Origin: Antedon mediterranea
Lineage: Eukaryota; Animalia; Echinodermata
Direction: 5' to 3'
DNA length: 64,000 nucleotides
Assembly (NCBI RefSeq): GCF_964355755.1
Contig: NC_092677.1
Span: 4,238,101 to 4,302,100, forward strand
Position 1 is the first letter of the stretch, and each line of letters starts with the position of its first letter. Of the stretch, positions 1 through 12,991 are shown in pieces. Below the pieces are notes generated by a model. The model made no database searches and was not told the DNA's origin. It saw only the letters and a program-made list of their open reading frames with translations. The translations under genes were made by a program, and so were the position numbers.

Positions 1-349
1 TTCAAACCTTTACGTTGTATATTGTTAAGAAATTAGATTTATGTTTGTTTATGAATGAAGGAAATACATCTGATTTTGATTGATTGATTTTGATTGATTG
101 ATTAATTGATTTTCATTGATTATCTTTTTATGTTTAAATGTGTCAGCATGATGAGTGTTTTTTCCATACAGTAAGGAGTAAAACGAAACAGTTTGTTAAT
201 CAAGTTTCTCTAATTACCAAAATAAAATAAAGATTACTAATTATTCGTAATTGTCACTAATTCGGAAATGACCGATAACTAACTTGACAATCACACTTGT
301 CTGATTATTAGGTAATAGTTTTATTATGGCTGCTGTCTTCATTGACTTA

Positions 350-490
350 AGCCTTGTCTACACTAGCAAACATTATGTGACAAATAAATGTGATGTGCCT
401 ATATATGAACATGATGATGTCATATCACTACCATATTTGGGCAAATCACACTGTTTTTTGTCAAACTAGTTTGATAATGTAGACAGAGCT
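350..490. mobile_element. PIF/Harbinger-like MITE family A (TWA target duplication)
   Basis: TIR AGC(T/C)(C/T)TGTCTACACTA../..TGTAGACAGAGCT with TTA on both sides. Further copies at 4893-5022, 5240-5404, 41416-41543, 45323-45488, 50401-50563; partial ones at ~35125-35220 and ~36270-36400. Confidence 0.8.
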
Positions 491-2058
491 TTACGTATGA
501 TAACAAACGTAATTGTAGGCCTACTGCTAGTAATAGTTATTTACTTTGACCGAAAATTGGACAAACAAATAATATATGGATTTACCTGAAAACTGTAATT
601 TAAAGCAACAAATAGTCAAACTGACTCTGGAGGTTTTTGGTTGAATTTAAATGTTTTATAAATTAAAACCTTTGTTTTCCTATCGAAGTGATTAACTTTA
701 ACAAAACTGAGAAATGGCCTATTTAAGTCTTTTTTATTAATCTTTATTTTTCATGTTTTTTGGGATCTTTTATGTGATAGGATTTTTGTTATTCTAAACC
801 AAAGTATAATTCATCAGCTGAAGTCCAGTTTTTAGTTTATGCGTTGATTCTCAATAATACAAAATAAATGACATAATACGATACATAATATTCGTCTAGA
901 CATCCTACGTAATCATAATGCAATATATTAAACACTTGTTGATATATGGTATTATTTTATATATAACTGGATTATTGAGGTCAAGATCAACAATGTCATA
1001 TAATATAGGCACTATTACTGGATAAACATGCCATTCCAATAGTAATGGAAACAATCTTTTTTGCTCAAAATAACTTCCACACTCTTAAATCACGTTTATC
1101 CTATACGAAGGGAACATATTAGTACTTTAATACAATGACCTTTTGAACCTCCTTATTTTTATATTCTATTGGTATTTGACAAGGTTACGCTCCCGAATAG
1201 ACAAGCAAAACAAACGTGGTTCTGCGATTATATTAACAAACAAACTTCCTCAAAAAAGTTTGAGAATATTATTTAATAGAGGGCGCTACCAATAAACTAT
1301 TTACAGATACTATTTAAAGATATTACAGTGTAGTGATCAACAACATCATCACCCATTCTTATCTCAATTCTGACATGAGTGTTGCATTCCTGAAAACGGG
1401 GCAAGATAATGGTACAATGTACCAAATACATCATCCTCAGATTACGAATATATCTATATTCCAAAGATTTTTTTAAATTTTAATTTTTAAATATTCTTAG
1501 CATTTTCTACGTTAGTGAGATATATTATTTATTTATTTCGGTTTTTAACAAGCCTTCATGTTTTAAACTGTTCTATTAGTTGTTTTGTTACTTTTGTATG
1601 TACTGTAGGTCTAATTATCTTCTGACAAAATATGACATCGATATTGATAAGATAATACCAATTAACGTAATTAACAATACAGAGATTAGAATCTATTGGA
1701 AAATCTTGGACTACAAAAATTGTCCTCATTATACGAGTGGTGTTCTCATAAATATAGACGTTAGTTGTATTGTAGTGTAACAAATATTCGGCTTACCCGA
1801 TACAAGTTTCGGTTGATCATTTCTAACCGTTTTTTTAAAAACTTTTAGGGCTTTTACATTTTCAATAACTTACATAAATCAGTAGTTTAAAAGAGATGAA
1901 CAAAATATATATGTTGATTGATATGATTTCCTCTCATTCGGTTCACATGGAAGTTTCCACTTAGAGTTCCGTGTTCCTGGAATAGGTTGTGTCCCAAAGT
2001 AGGCCTACGGTTCTACTGTATTAGATAATAACAAGGAATGTATGTTCTTTATTTTCAG

Positions 2059-5000
2059 TAGTAAAAGCTACGTGGGCCGAGCGACGGTCGGAGCAGTGGT
2101 TCGAACCACGACAAAACCAACAGATTCTAAACACACTCAACTCATTACGACGTAAAGCGGCTTCTAAAGTAGCGGAAGGCGTGACGGCGTCAAATATGAA
2201 AATGCTGGTAAGAGCAATTATCCACAACTGATTACATTTCACCATTTCTATTTCCAAGTGATAAATAACTCAATAATACGTGTTAATTTCACGCTAAATG
2301 CATCGAATCGCGTAGGATATTTCCGAAGCGAAAACGATAAATTTTCCAATATTACGACTTAATCCCAGATTATTTACTAATCCTATATTCGTTGTTAACA
2401 GTATAAAGGGTGTGTTGATCATTTAAAGCGTCTTAAAATTTCTACGAATAAAAAATATTTGAATATATTTTAAAACCCTCACAAGGTTAAAAAAGTACGA
2501 TAAGTGACCAATCTTTTATGTCGATATTTTAACAGCATAGTTTTAACAACCTAGCTATAAGTAGCACGATGGACCATATACTGTATATACTTTATGTATT
2601 CTACAGTAACCATTTTCAAACATAGTTTTCGTATACAAAATAGGGCCTCCTACCCCCTCTGAGTATATCTTTATCAATATTATGCCATTTTATTGTCAAA
2701 TGTAAAATTTAAATGTAATTTAATTTCTTTTATATATTAATTTTTGGTTGAATTTAACCGTTTATTTTGTCTTTTTGGGAAAGTGAAAACTTGTTTTTCG
2801 TTTTTTTTCTACTGAAGTGATTTAATTGTTTTAAACTACAAAATGTCCTATTCAAAGTCTGATTTTATTAATCATCCATTTTAATTTTTGAGAGGACAAT
2901 GTATATTTAAGAAAGTCAAATGTTCAATAAAAATAAGAAAAATAATGTAATATATTAATTCTGGTCTACCTGGACAATCAATTGACAATATACCACAGGA
3001 ATGCGTCCTGTTTCTGATCTCTACTTAACAATAATTGCGTCATCATTCACTAATTGCGTTCCGATTAACGAGTACAATTTTTCTTAAAGGTGGCTATTTT
3101 TAGCAAGGGTCAAACCTTCGTCTTATACCGCGGGATTAAGTCGTTTACAGGGATTTATCGGCATTTCAAAATAAGCGTCATTGAATTGGTCATTATACCT
3201 AATTCCTTTGTTACCGTAACTACCGGCAACGTTATAACTTGCACGGTATATTATTTATAACGATATTAATTAACGGCCTCATTAAAACTGTTACAAGCCT
3301 TTTAGCACAGTCGCATCAATTAAAAATACTGCCAAACTTTTAATGAGATTTCTACACTTAGTAGTATCCAGTTACATTTACACTAGATGCACCCCTTCGG
3401 GACACTCCTATTAAGGGGACATTATCCCTAAAACGAATGAGGGAAAACATAAAAGTTTGAATGAACACTACGGCCCAATCTCTATTTAGGTATACAACTC
3501 CAGAGTATTAAGGGGATACTTTGTTGGGTCCTAAATGTGTCCTTTTAATATGGGAAGCAGTGACATGGTTGTCAACATCAGATATAGGCCTACTTCGACT
3601 GTATCTCCACATGGTGTTACTTACTTGGGGACATTTCGCCGTCATTGACATTATATTGACATAATACAACAAGGAGAGACATTAATTTTGATCAGAAGGT
3701 CATGGAACACTAATTAATTTTAAAAAAAATAAAAACCTGAGACCAGTAATCCAAGGTAGGGACCCTGACGGGTACTCTCCCTCCGGGTCAAAGGGATCCC
3801 GAAACTCATCGATGGGCAGGGGCGCTCATCTCCATGTTCAGAACTATTCCTGATGATTACCCAGTCTATTTATATTTAAAATTAAACACCAAGACATAAC
3901 AATTAATTAATTAACTTAATGACTACTGGACATGGTAGTTCTTCTTCTATAGAAGAAGCTGGAAGCACTTCCTGTACAGTTTCATTATACCTAACAGTTA
4001 TACGTTTTTACATCATACTATCCTGTATGTTTATGAATGGAAGAGTGAGGCAGTTAGGTAAGGTTATCATGGCCCATAATGCAAGCGTCACATGTTATAA
4101 TAAGTGACACTGTATCCCATAGTTTGCCTATGATTTTATTTACAAATAATAGATGCAGTGCCGAAAAATGAACAACTGAAACTGAAGACACTTGGAATTT
4201 TACTTTCTTGTCAATTTTCCTTTATAAACCTTATTGTTATAAAGTGTCGATATATTCATTACAAATTAGCCTATATTTCGTATTACTGAATTTTAAAATA
4301 ATTTCTTAAGAGGAATACTAAATATATTTCATATAAATTTTTCCAGAAAAAAACCCGAGTATATAAAAAGATTTGCTTAGATTTTACACATTACATAGAA
4401 AATAAAATTCTAAATTATGTTTTCATAGCGGGATATTAAATTATATTTAATCATTATTGATTAAATTTACATGTTATTCGTCAATCATAATAATAATTAT
4501 GTTATTAACTGTAATTGGATTTTCCACCTGTGGATGTTGAAATAAAAAAAGTGCGACTACTTTCGATTGATTTCATAAAAGATATTCCCCATGAGACTCC
4601 TTGTTAAGTTTCACATCTTCTTCTAACTAACACATAACACGTAATATATAAGGATATTGCTCTCTTACGAACTACACAAGTTAGACATTGCCAGTCATAA
4701 GCAATCTACACAGCGTTGTGTTTAAGTGCGGATTGAGTCTGTTTAGACGGTCGCCGGATACGCTAGAATTCTCTAGAGACGGTGGCCGTGCGGAAGTATT
4801 AATTACCACTACTGCAATTATCAAAAGTTGGACTATAACTCATAACACAAGTGAACTCTGGGATATTTTATCGTTTACAATGCTGAATCTTAAGCCCTGT
4901 CTACACTATCAAACTATAGTTCGACAAAAAAGTGCCTAAATATGGTAGTGATATGACGTCATCGTGTCCATAGGCAGACCAAATTTGTTCAAAACATAAA

Positions 5001-8000
5001 GTTTTATAGTGTAGACAGAGCTTAAACTTGTATTAAAATAATAGATAACAAATAAAAAAGAATTATTTTTAGAAAGCGCCAATGAACAACATTTCTAGTA
5101 TTCTAGTAGCATTTTATATACTCCCATTAAAACAAACTATTACAATTATAATTGTGATTACATAATACATATTGCAACTTAACATCGTGTACAGAGAATA
5201 CTATTAAGGGGACACCCTCTGGACTCAACGAAGTGTCTAAAGCTCTGTCTACACTATCAAACTTTATTTGCCAAAAAAAATATGTGATGTGCCCATATAT
5301 GGACATGAGGATGTCATATCACCACCATATGTTGGCATATCACTACCATTATTTCGGCACATCACACCATTTTTGTCAAACTAGTTTGATAGTGTAGACA
5401 GAGGATTAGGAAGTATTACATAAAATAACGATTGACCATGTTTTAAAACATACATTTTCCTTTATTTGGACGGTGATAAACGATTAAAAAATCGTTTACT
5501 AAGCTTGTGTCGGGCTGATTTCTGGATTGAACCAAACACCTTGGTTTGAAAGGTAATCGTCGAGCTTCAGTACCACGATGAAGGTCGAAAAGTGATTTAT
5601 TTCTTATTTTTAAACATGAATTAAATTTAAAATTATTTTGGATAAAAATACTTAGTGATAATCTAGATAATAACTCAAATAAATCACATTATAGTAAATG
5701 ACTGTCATTAAAATTCTTTAAATTCCAGATAAATTGTTAAAATCAGCTGAATTTTCTAAAAATAGAAAAAATATAACTCTTACCAAAGACCACTGATTAC
5801 CCCAGGGAAAATATTCAATTTGATGTTGTATTTGCCTTATAAATTATTCATGCATCTGAGATTGCGCATGTTCAATAAGCATTTTGTTAAAAAAAATATC
5901 GACCACCAATTACTAAGAAACTAACAGTGTTTAAGAGGTGGGGGTGAAGTAAGTATATACACTGATAGATAAGTTGTATACTTTAAAATGGTAGGATTGA
6001 AATCCAATTTCACCATTGGTTCTTTAGCTTATTTCCCACTAGCGACGCAACGCAAGGACGTAACGCAACGTAAGTGATTTGACCAATCACAACGATGGAT
6101 TATTATTGGTCAGCTTGCTTGCATTACGCGTACATCCTTGCGTTGCGTCTCTAGGGAACCACGCTTCATGGTCACAACGAAAAAAAAACCTTACGCGCAA
6201 CGAAAGTAATTTGGCCAATCATTAGCCAAGGATTATCTGAACTGTTGGTTTTGATTGGTAAAAGCAACTAAATTGCGTGTATAAAGATCTTGTGTCTAAC
6301 CCTATGGATATTGCACATGACAATGTATCAAATCCCTACGGATGTTCCCGTAATTCATGTTGTGCCCTAACATTCACAATGTTCATCTCAATTTCCGGAG
6401 CAAATTTACTCCAGAGAAAAATAGCAGGTGCAATACCTTTGTCAACTTGAACGTTTTTAAAAAACATGCTAAAAATAGAATCAAGTCGAACCTTCCGAAT
6501 TACGCATCAGAGTAGCACAAAATGGTGTAATCGTAAATAGAAGTATAAAACATTAAACGAAAGTGAAATTCAATTTCACAAAATAATGCTTTTCATTGGA
6601 AACATATTTACATGTATACACTTTAAGTTAAGTTATTCTTTGGAGTTCGGAAATGTTGTATTACGGGAACTAAATCTATTACGGTTTTTGCTGACTCATA
6701 TAGGATGAAACGAAGATGACTTGAAGGAAAATCAACATCTCTCTCAAAACACACAGTAGTAACAAATTTAATTTACAAAGAGATAATAATACAATTGAGA
6801 TAGATCAGAACCTCTCATTTAAGACCCCATTTTTGTGAAACAAATGGAGGGCAATAGGTTACACAAAACGGACCAAAGCCTGGTCGGGGAAGGGGGGCAA
6901 CCGTAATTACGGGGGAACTTGTTTGGGTCTTAAATGGGTGTTCTATGCAAATAACAATTACGTCATCAATCGAAACGTTATGGTTACTTTATTTCTTTTA
7001 TGATGGAAAATATTGATTTCGAACCAATTTAATTTAACTTTGAGCGAGCGTCAAAGAGATGACTTTAATATTTGTCTTTTGTATGGTACGCTTAGGTATG
7101 GCACGCGCAAACATCAATGGTCTCAAGCAAATCTATTTGTAAAGTAACATTTGTAAATGTTGCGATATACTTTACCCTGTTCATATTCACAGATGTATGG
7201 CGCGGAGGTTGCAGATGTATTATCCCCCTGAAAATATTTTTCAATAATTTTTTGTTGAATATGCCATTTTAATATCAACATAATAGTTATTCACTTTTAC
7301 CAAAAATTAGATTGAAAAATTATAACTTAAGTAAAAAATTGGATGACAGCCTATGTGTTTTTGGTTGAATTTAACCGTTTATTTCGTTATTTTATAAGTG
7401 AAAATATTATTTTTAGGGGTATTTTTTTCTACGCATGTGATTGAGTTTGTTAATACTACAAAATGGCCTATTCAAAGTTTGATTTTATTAATCTTCATGT
7501 TTCATGTTTTTGGTGGACAATACATCTTTAAGTAATAATGTAGTTAATGAATAATAATTTCATATATTTTCTTTCAAGCATTGGGATAAAGCTCTTGAGG
7601 AGGAAGCCACGCTGCTAACATCTTGCGATCACTTACTGAATGAGGAAGAAAGCGAAATGTCTTTCTTTGACTTCAGCAGTAGCGGTAGTTCAACGTCATT
7701 CAGAGAAGAATGGGAATGGATCGACACCGCGGCCAGCCAAGGTGTATTGTCTATTCGGAACACGGCCGCCTTAACTTTAGACGAGATGTTTAGTGAAGTT
7801 TTTGAAGAAGGCGACAACTTCAATTTCTTCACTCGACGGTGCCAGAAAGGTTCAAATTGTAGCCGTTTCCTTCAGGTGAGGTTCGTAAAAAAAAGGTCTG
7901 AGACCAAGACAACGGATTCCATCGTTAAAACAAAAAGTCGGGGGCGTTATTTCGAAATCTCTGGTCCATAGAAAGTAAAATTACATATAAATGAATAAAA

Positions 8001-11000
8001 AATAAACAAGACTGTACAAATTACTACTACTCATCTCCAATGGCATTCCACATGGAGAGCATCTTTGACTTATATAAGACATTGCCTATAATCCTTGAGA
8101 CTAAAACATTATCACTTGAATTGAGTCTACACATCAGACGATTTTCTTAACAATTCATAAAAAGAAGAAATTTTATATTCCGTAAACAATTTCCGTATGC
8201 AATTCAAAATGTAAATATTTATTAAATGCAGAAAAATATCATAGAAAATATTTCTTACAAAAAAAAATCATCAAAAATCCATAGGCCTATGAAACAAAGA
8301 CATAAACTTTACTACAAAACTGTTGACAACCGATCTTAAAATAGCACTGACGTAATCATTCGCCACCGAACACTGCACGTCTACGAATAGATTTGTTTCT
8401 ATGAAGTTTCTCTTAGATAATGTTCCATTGACCCAGTTAAAAGCTTTCATATTTTTTTTATATCAATCATGTCTGTGATTTGGGGATTCGTCACCTGCTT
8501 TCTCCCCCCTTTCTCCCCACCCATCTCCTATGATTTCCGCTACCGTGGTAAACAGTATCCTGGCATGTCGATCGTCGGAGCCTACTGTTATTTTTCTATC
8601 ACATTGTATATCATTTATTATATCATTATATCTTGTAAGTACACCACACGCTAGATGAGGTCAAATATTTTCTAGCCTTAGGCCTTGTTAGGGGGACAGA
8701 CTGACTGGAAAGATCAGGGGGCAATGCCCGTATCATTGCTCCCGTTTGTTAAATCTCATCACCTGTAGGAAGTGTGACTTGCCATGAATCGTTCGATTTT
8801 CGACAGAATTTAAGTTTGGGTAATCGGTAAAACGAAACTGTTTATGGCAGCATAAATAACAAGTGACAACTTTGTAATATTTTACATCATAAAAATATAT
8901 TGATTTTAATATACGAAGTAGGCCTAAACGCCAGTGAAATTGCTGCTATCATTAGGAAAGTTAAAAACTAAACGGTATAGGCCGGAATTCACCCAGTGAA
9001 ATTTCATTAATACAATAAATCTCCATTAAATCAACATATTTAACACCCAATGCGTTATGCACAGTATAAATATTGAGAGGGATGAGGAAGTTATCCTACC
9101 AAAAGTACGATCACGTGATTTAAAATGGCATATTCAAAAACAAATATTCAGAAAGTCTAAGAAAGTTATTCACTTCCATAGAGAAAAAAGTAATACAAAA
9201 TAAACCGTTGAATTCAACTAAAAACCCATTGCCTTTCAGTAAATTTTACTATTTTTTGCTTTAAATTACAGTTTTTCAGGGAAATCATTTTTTTTTCTCG
9301 ATCCAGTTCAACAAAATATTAAACACATTATTTTTTAAGGAGACAATAACATCTTTAATTCTTTAATATAATTTATATGAAATTGTCAAATAGTAAGAAA
9401 AAATGCCACCGATTTTTCTTTTATCTTTAATTAATAGTTTTAGAAAATGTATTTTTTTTGTGCTGTACATTAACCTTTATGTTGTCGATACAAAACAGAG
9501 TAGAAGCTGACAACAGACTTTATTTTCGTCAACTTGTTTTTTAGTTAATTAATTAATTATATTAGACCAAATGACTAAATGACAATTTATAGGCCTATAT
9601 TCACAATTATGCGAGACGGATGTTAGGTTAGATTTTATGTACAGTGAATACTGCATGCGACTACCTTTGGCCCAATTCCCTGTTTAAAATCGAACGCATA
9701 ATAATACTGTAGGTACTGTACCTGCGTTATATCTCATATCTATGATGTGATATCAACTTTTATCAGATAAATTTCAAAATTGAAAGTCGCGAAAAAAACA
9801 TTGGCAAAATATATGACCATGACGTAATACACTGCCGTAGGCTGTCTATGACGTCACAGTTGCAGCTCTGGGAATTATTTAGCGACTGATGATATATTGT
9901 TTCCGAATTGTGTCAGCTCGACATAAACGGTACCGACATAAACAACGCTACTTTAAATTGAATTCAATGTCCAATTGTATGTTCAGTTGATTTCTATTTA
10001 CATTGATTGTAGTTAATTTGTATTTACACTAAAAAAAATGATCCATAAAATATCCTAAGATAACCAAAAAAAAAAAAAAGAAGAAAAGCAGAGTAACCAA
10101 AAATAAGCAAAAAGCTAAATCAAAACGATAAAGTAAAAAATCCAGAAGAAAGAGAGAGAAAATGCTGGTAACAATTTCGACATTCTCTCTTTTCAGCTTG
10201 CGTGGGCCGATGCTGATAAAGTCGGTTGCAGCATCAACTCTAAATGCCATTCGGATGAGAACGTTCATTACCTCAACTGTGTTTTCAATATTGAGTAAGT
10301 AAATTACATAAAATAGCATATTTATTTAACTTTACAATGAAAAGGGGTAAGGCAAGCTGCAGTGGCGTAACGGCTATGTGCTCTAACTGGTTAAACCAGG
10401 GTCCAAGATCTTATGTAATTTCCATTATGGATAACAAAAGGACTCTGAATTTGTATAATTCATCTTAACAAGAATTTTGACTACATAATCTTTCTCGGAC
10501 AAAAATCTAAGCTAGAGTTTTGCAATGTCGTCTTCTCTGTCAACAAGTACATTTTAAAAATACAATATTTCTTTTTTAGAGCAAAGTCATTGGACGAGCC
10601 TTTTGCGGTGGGTCCGGTGTGTTCTAGATGCCCGGAATCTGCATCTTTCTGTGACGCGGGTTTATGTGGTAAGTAGACAGAACACTAAAATGCACAAAGA
10701 AGATATCTAAATTGGGACATCACTAAACAAATCTTTAAACAAAATAGTAGTCATTAAAACAACTATGATTTCTTTCAATGTGGGACTAAATGTAAATTGT
10801 TGAATATCATAGCATTAAATAGTTTGAACACTTTATTTTTAAATATCCGATATCAAAGAATATAGGCCTAATGTTCTTTGCCGATATCTATTTTGATGAT
10901 TGATGCTGTTTTTTAAAATTAGATTTCCACTTTTTTTTTTACAATGGATAAAATCAGACGAGCACACGTTACTTTGCACACGTTACTTTGCATATTGTAA

Positions 11001-12991
11001 AGCTTAATTCCCAACCACTAGGGTGTAACGCAAGCGCAACGTACGCACAAGTTGGCCAATCATAAACAATGGATTATTCGAGCTGTCGCTTGTCATTTGT
11101 CAGCTCGCTTGCGTGGCCCTCAAGTCCTTGCGTTGCGTCTATAGTGGGAACTACATTGAATATTGTATTATTTTAAATGCTGATACCATTTCTTTAACCA
11201 TTTTTTCTGCAGTTTCCTCCTGTGGTTTTAACAGGGCAGACACGTGCTGTAAGTATTAAAGTAACTTTACCATACAATACTTTTCCTTTCCAAGTTCATA
11301 CAAAAATTGGCCTGTATTCGATTCTAATATCCGCTAATGATAATCCATACATCCACCATAGAGGCACACTTGCCTTCGTGTGTTTATGTTTTTACCGAAC
11401 CACAATGTTTGAAAGTTGTAACCAAATTGATCTATCGAATCCTGTTGATTGGAAACATCTTAATGTTTCACATAAAACGAGAATCTCTGTAAACTCATGC
11501 CAAGTAATTAATCAATAACGACAATGACTCATCTAATTAGTTAACCTATTGTCAAATTGTTAACATTCTTACCTCCGATATAGATTTTAAGTTAAGCTTA
11601 TGGGACTTAAATAACATAAAGTGCAAAATACGATGAAATTGTTTCACTTTGTGAACACAGCACCGCACCAAAAATAAACTTGAAACGTGTATCGTTATGT
11701 TACTACTATCCTGGTATGTCTTTTTCTGACAGATTGCCCAAAGACGTGCGTTCACACGGGAATTGGCTTAGGCATTCTCGACAAAACAAGATGCACATGT
11801 GAATGCAGCTATGGAACAGGAACAGATTGCCAAGGTAAAATTAACTAACTTTGTAATGGGAATCAGCAGTATTCCATCATAGGATCAACATTAGTCATCT
11901 CTTTTCTGCTTCCTTTTGCTTTCTTATTTAAGGAATTCCAACAAATCGGCATTATCCTTTTGTCTTGTACTATATGCCTACGTCTATACATCTCATTCAT
12001 TAAGAATATAATTTGATAACTATAATGAATCTTCTAACTTGAAAATTGAAAATTCGTCTCTGTGTATATTAAAATAGAGACAAACATTTCGAGTTAAAAT
12101 CAAAATCGTATAAAAACGTATTTGATGAACAGTCAAACTGTCTTTGAATTACGCGACATGTTTCTCATCAGAACTGTAATCAACGCCTCAAGTACTTTCC
12201 ACCTACTATACAGGTGTATATAAATAATTAACATAATAAAGAACGAGGTAGGAGGACAACATAACAATCACAGAGACAAAGTTTTTCTATATGTTAAGAT
12301 AGACATATTCCTTTATTTTGTGAGGAGAGAGCGAGATAATCTCACTACTCCCTACTTTTGTTTTCATCTAAAGTATAACCCACATATTCAAATCAACAGT
12401 TTATCAGTTTTTAATTATTGTTTATTTTATTTAGATGTCTGTGAAAATGTCCAGATATACGAAAACTTTGACTACTGTGCTGAAATAAACACGAAAGAAC
12501 ATTGTAAGAACGACAAGTTTCTTCAGCTGCTGTTCTGCAAAGAGAACTGCGACTATGGGTGCAGTAAGTAGTTTGTATTGTATACAAACCATTTTTGGAT
12601 TTATAAGTTTTTATTTATTGCCAAAAAAAAAAGATGAAGTGTTAGGTATTGATAGTCTATAGTCATATCACCTAGATAGTTTGTATTAGTTTTAAAGTTT
12701 AATCAGTTTTAATCCTACCATTGATAAATAGTACCTTAGATAAACGACTCATCACAAGATAGACTTTCTGAACAGATAAAATTACCATTGGGAACACAAT
12801 CACAAAGTCTGTAATTTCAAATAAACAAAAACACATTTGGTACAATTACGTCAGGTTAGGAAAAAACATCTGACATCTAAAGTACGTAATGGAAATTATT
12901 AATAATAATCAAAATTTATTATTTTACCACAGAAAAGTCACCCGATGTTCTTAAGTTGATAAAACAACAACACTTACCGAAGGAGGAGTAG
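2059..12991 (+). CDS. Multi-exon CAP/SCP (CRISP-like) cysteine-rich protein with EGF-like and ShKT domains; first (signal peptide) exon not found
   Basis: Phase-consistent AG/GT exons: 2059-2207 (..QQILNTLNSLRRK..TASNMKML), 7579-7875 (HWDKALEEEA..EEGDNFNFFTRRCQKGSNCSRFLQ), 10197-10294 (LAWADADKVGCS..YLNCVFN), 10580-10668 (PFAVGPVCSRCP..FCDAGLC), 11213-11248, 11733-11834 (CPKTC..CTCECSYGTGTDC, EGF-like), 12435-12563 (6-Cys ShKT-like), 12933-12991 (stop TAG; an alternative end at 13110 is possible). ASNM-W-D, WA..VGC and CxxCP..GLC are CAP-family hallmarks. Confidence 0.88.
5240..5404. mobile_element. Harbinger-like MITE family A copy
   Basis: CTCTGTCTACACTATCAAAC...GTTTGATAGTGTAGACAGAG inverted termini. 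Confidence 0.8.
6026..6165. mobile_element. Palindromic MITE family B (copies at 11001-11152 and clustered fragments at ~36400-36760 and ~37350-37550)
   Basis: TTCCCACTAGCGACGCAACGCAAGGA...TCCTTGCGTTGCGTCTCTAGGGAA inverted arms with an internal GACCAATCAC. Confidence 0.7.
7213..7530. mobile_element. Copy of Kolobok-like MITE family 2 in a CAP-gene intron
   Basis: AGATGTATTATCCCC...GGACAATACATCT-TTAA. Confidence 0.75.

Noticed and set aside
130-176. MFKCVSMMSVFSI..|GTAAGG as first exon of the CAP gene
   Set aside because: It ends in phase 2, whereas the exon at 2059 needs phase 1, and it is a poor signal peptide.
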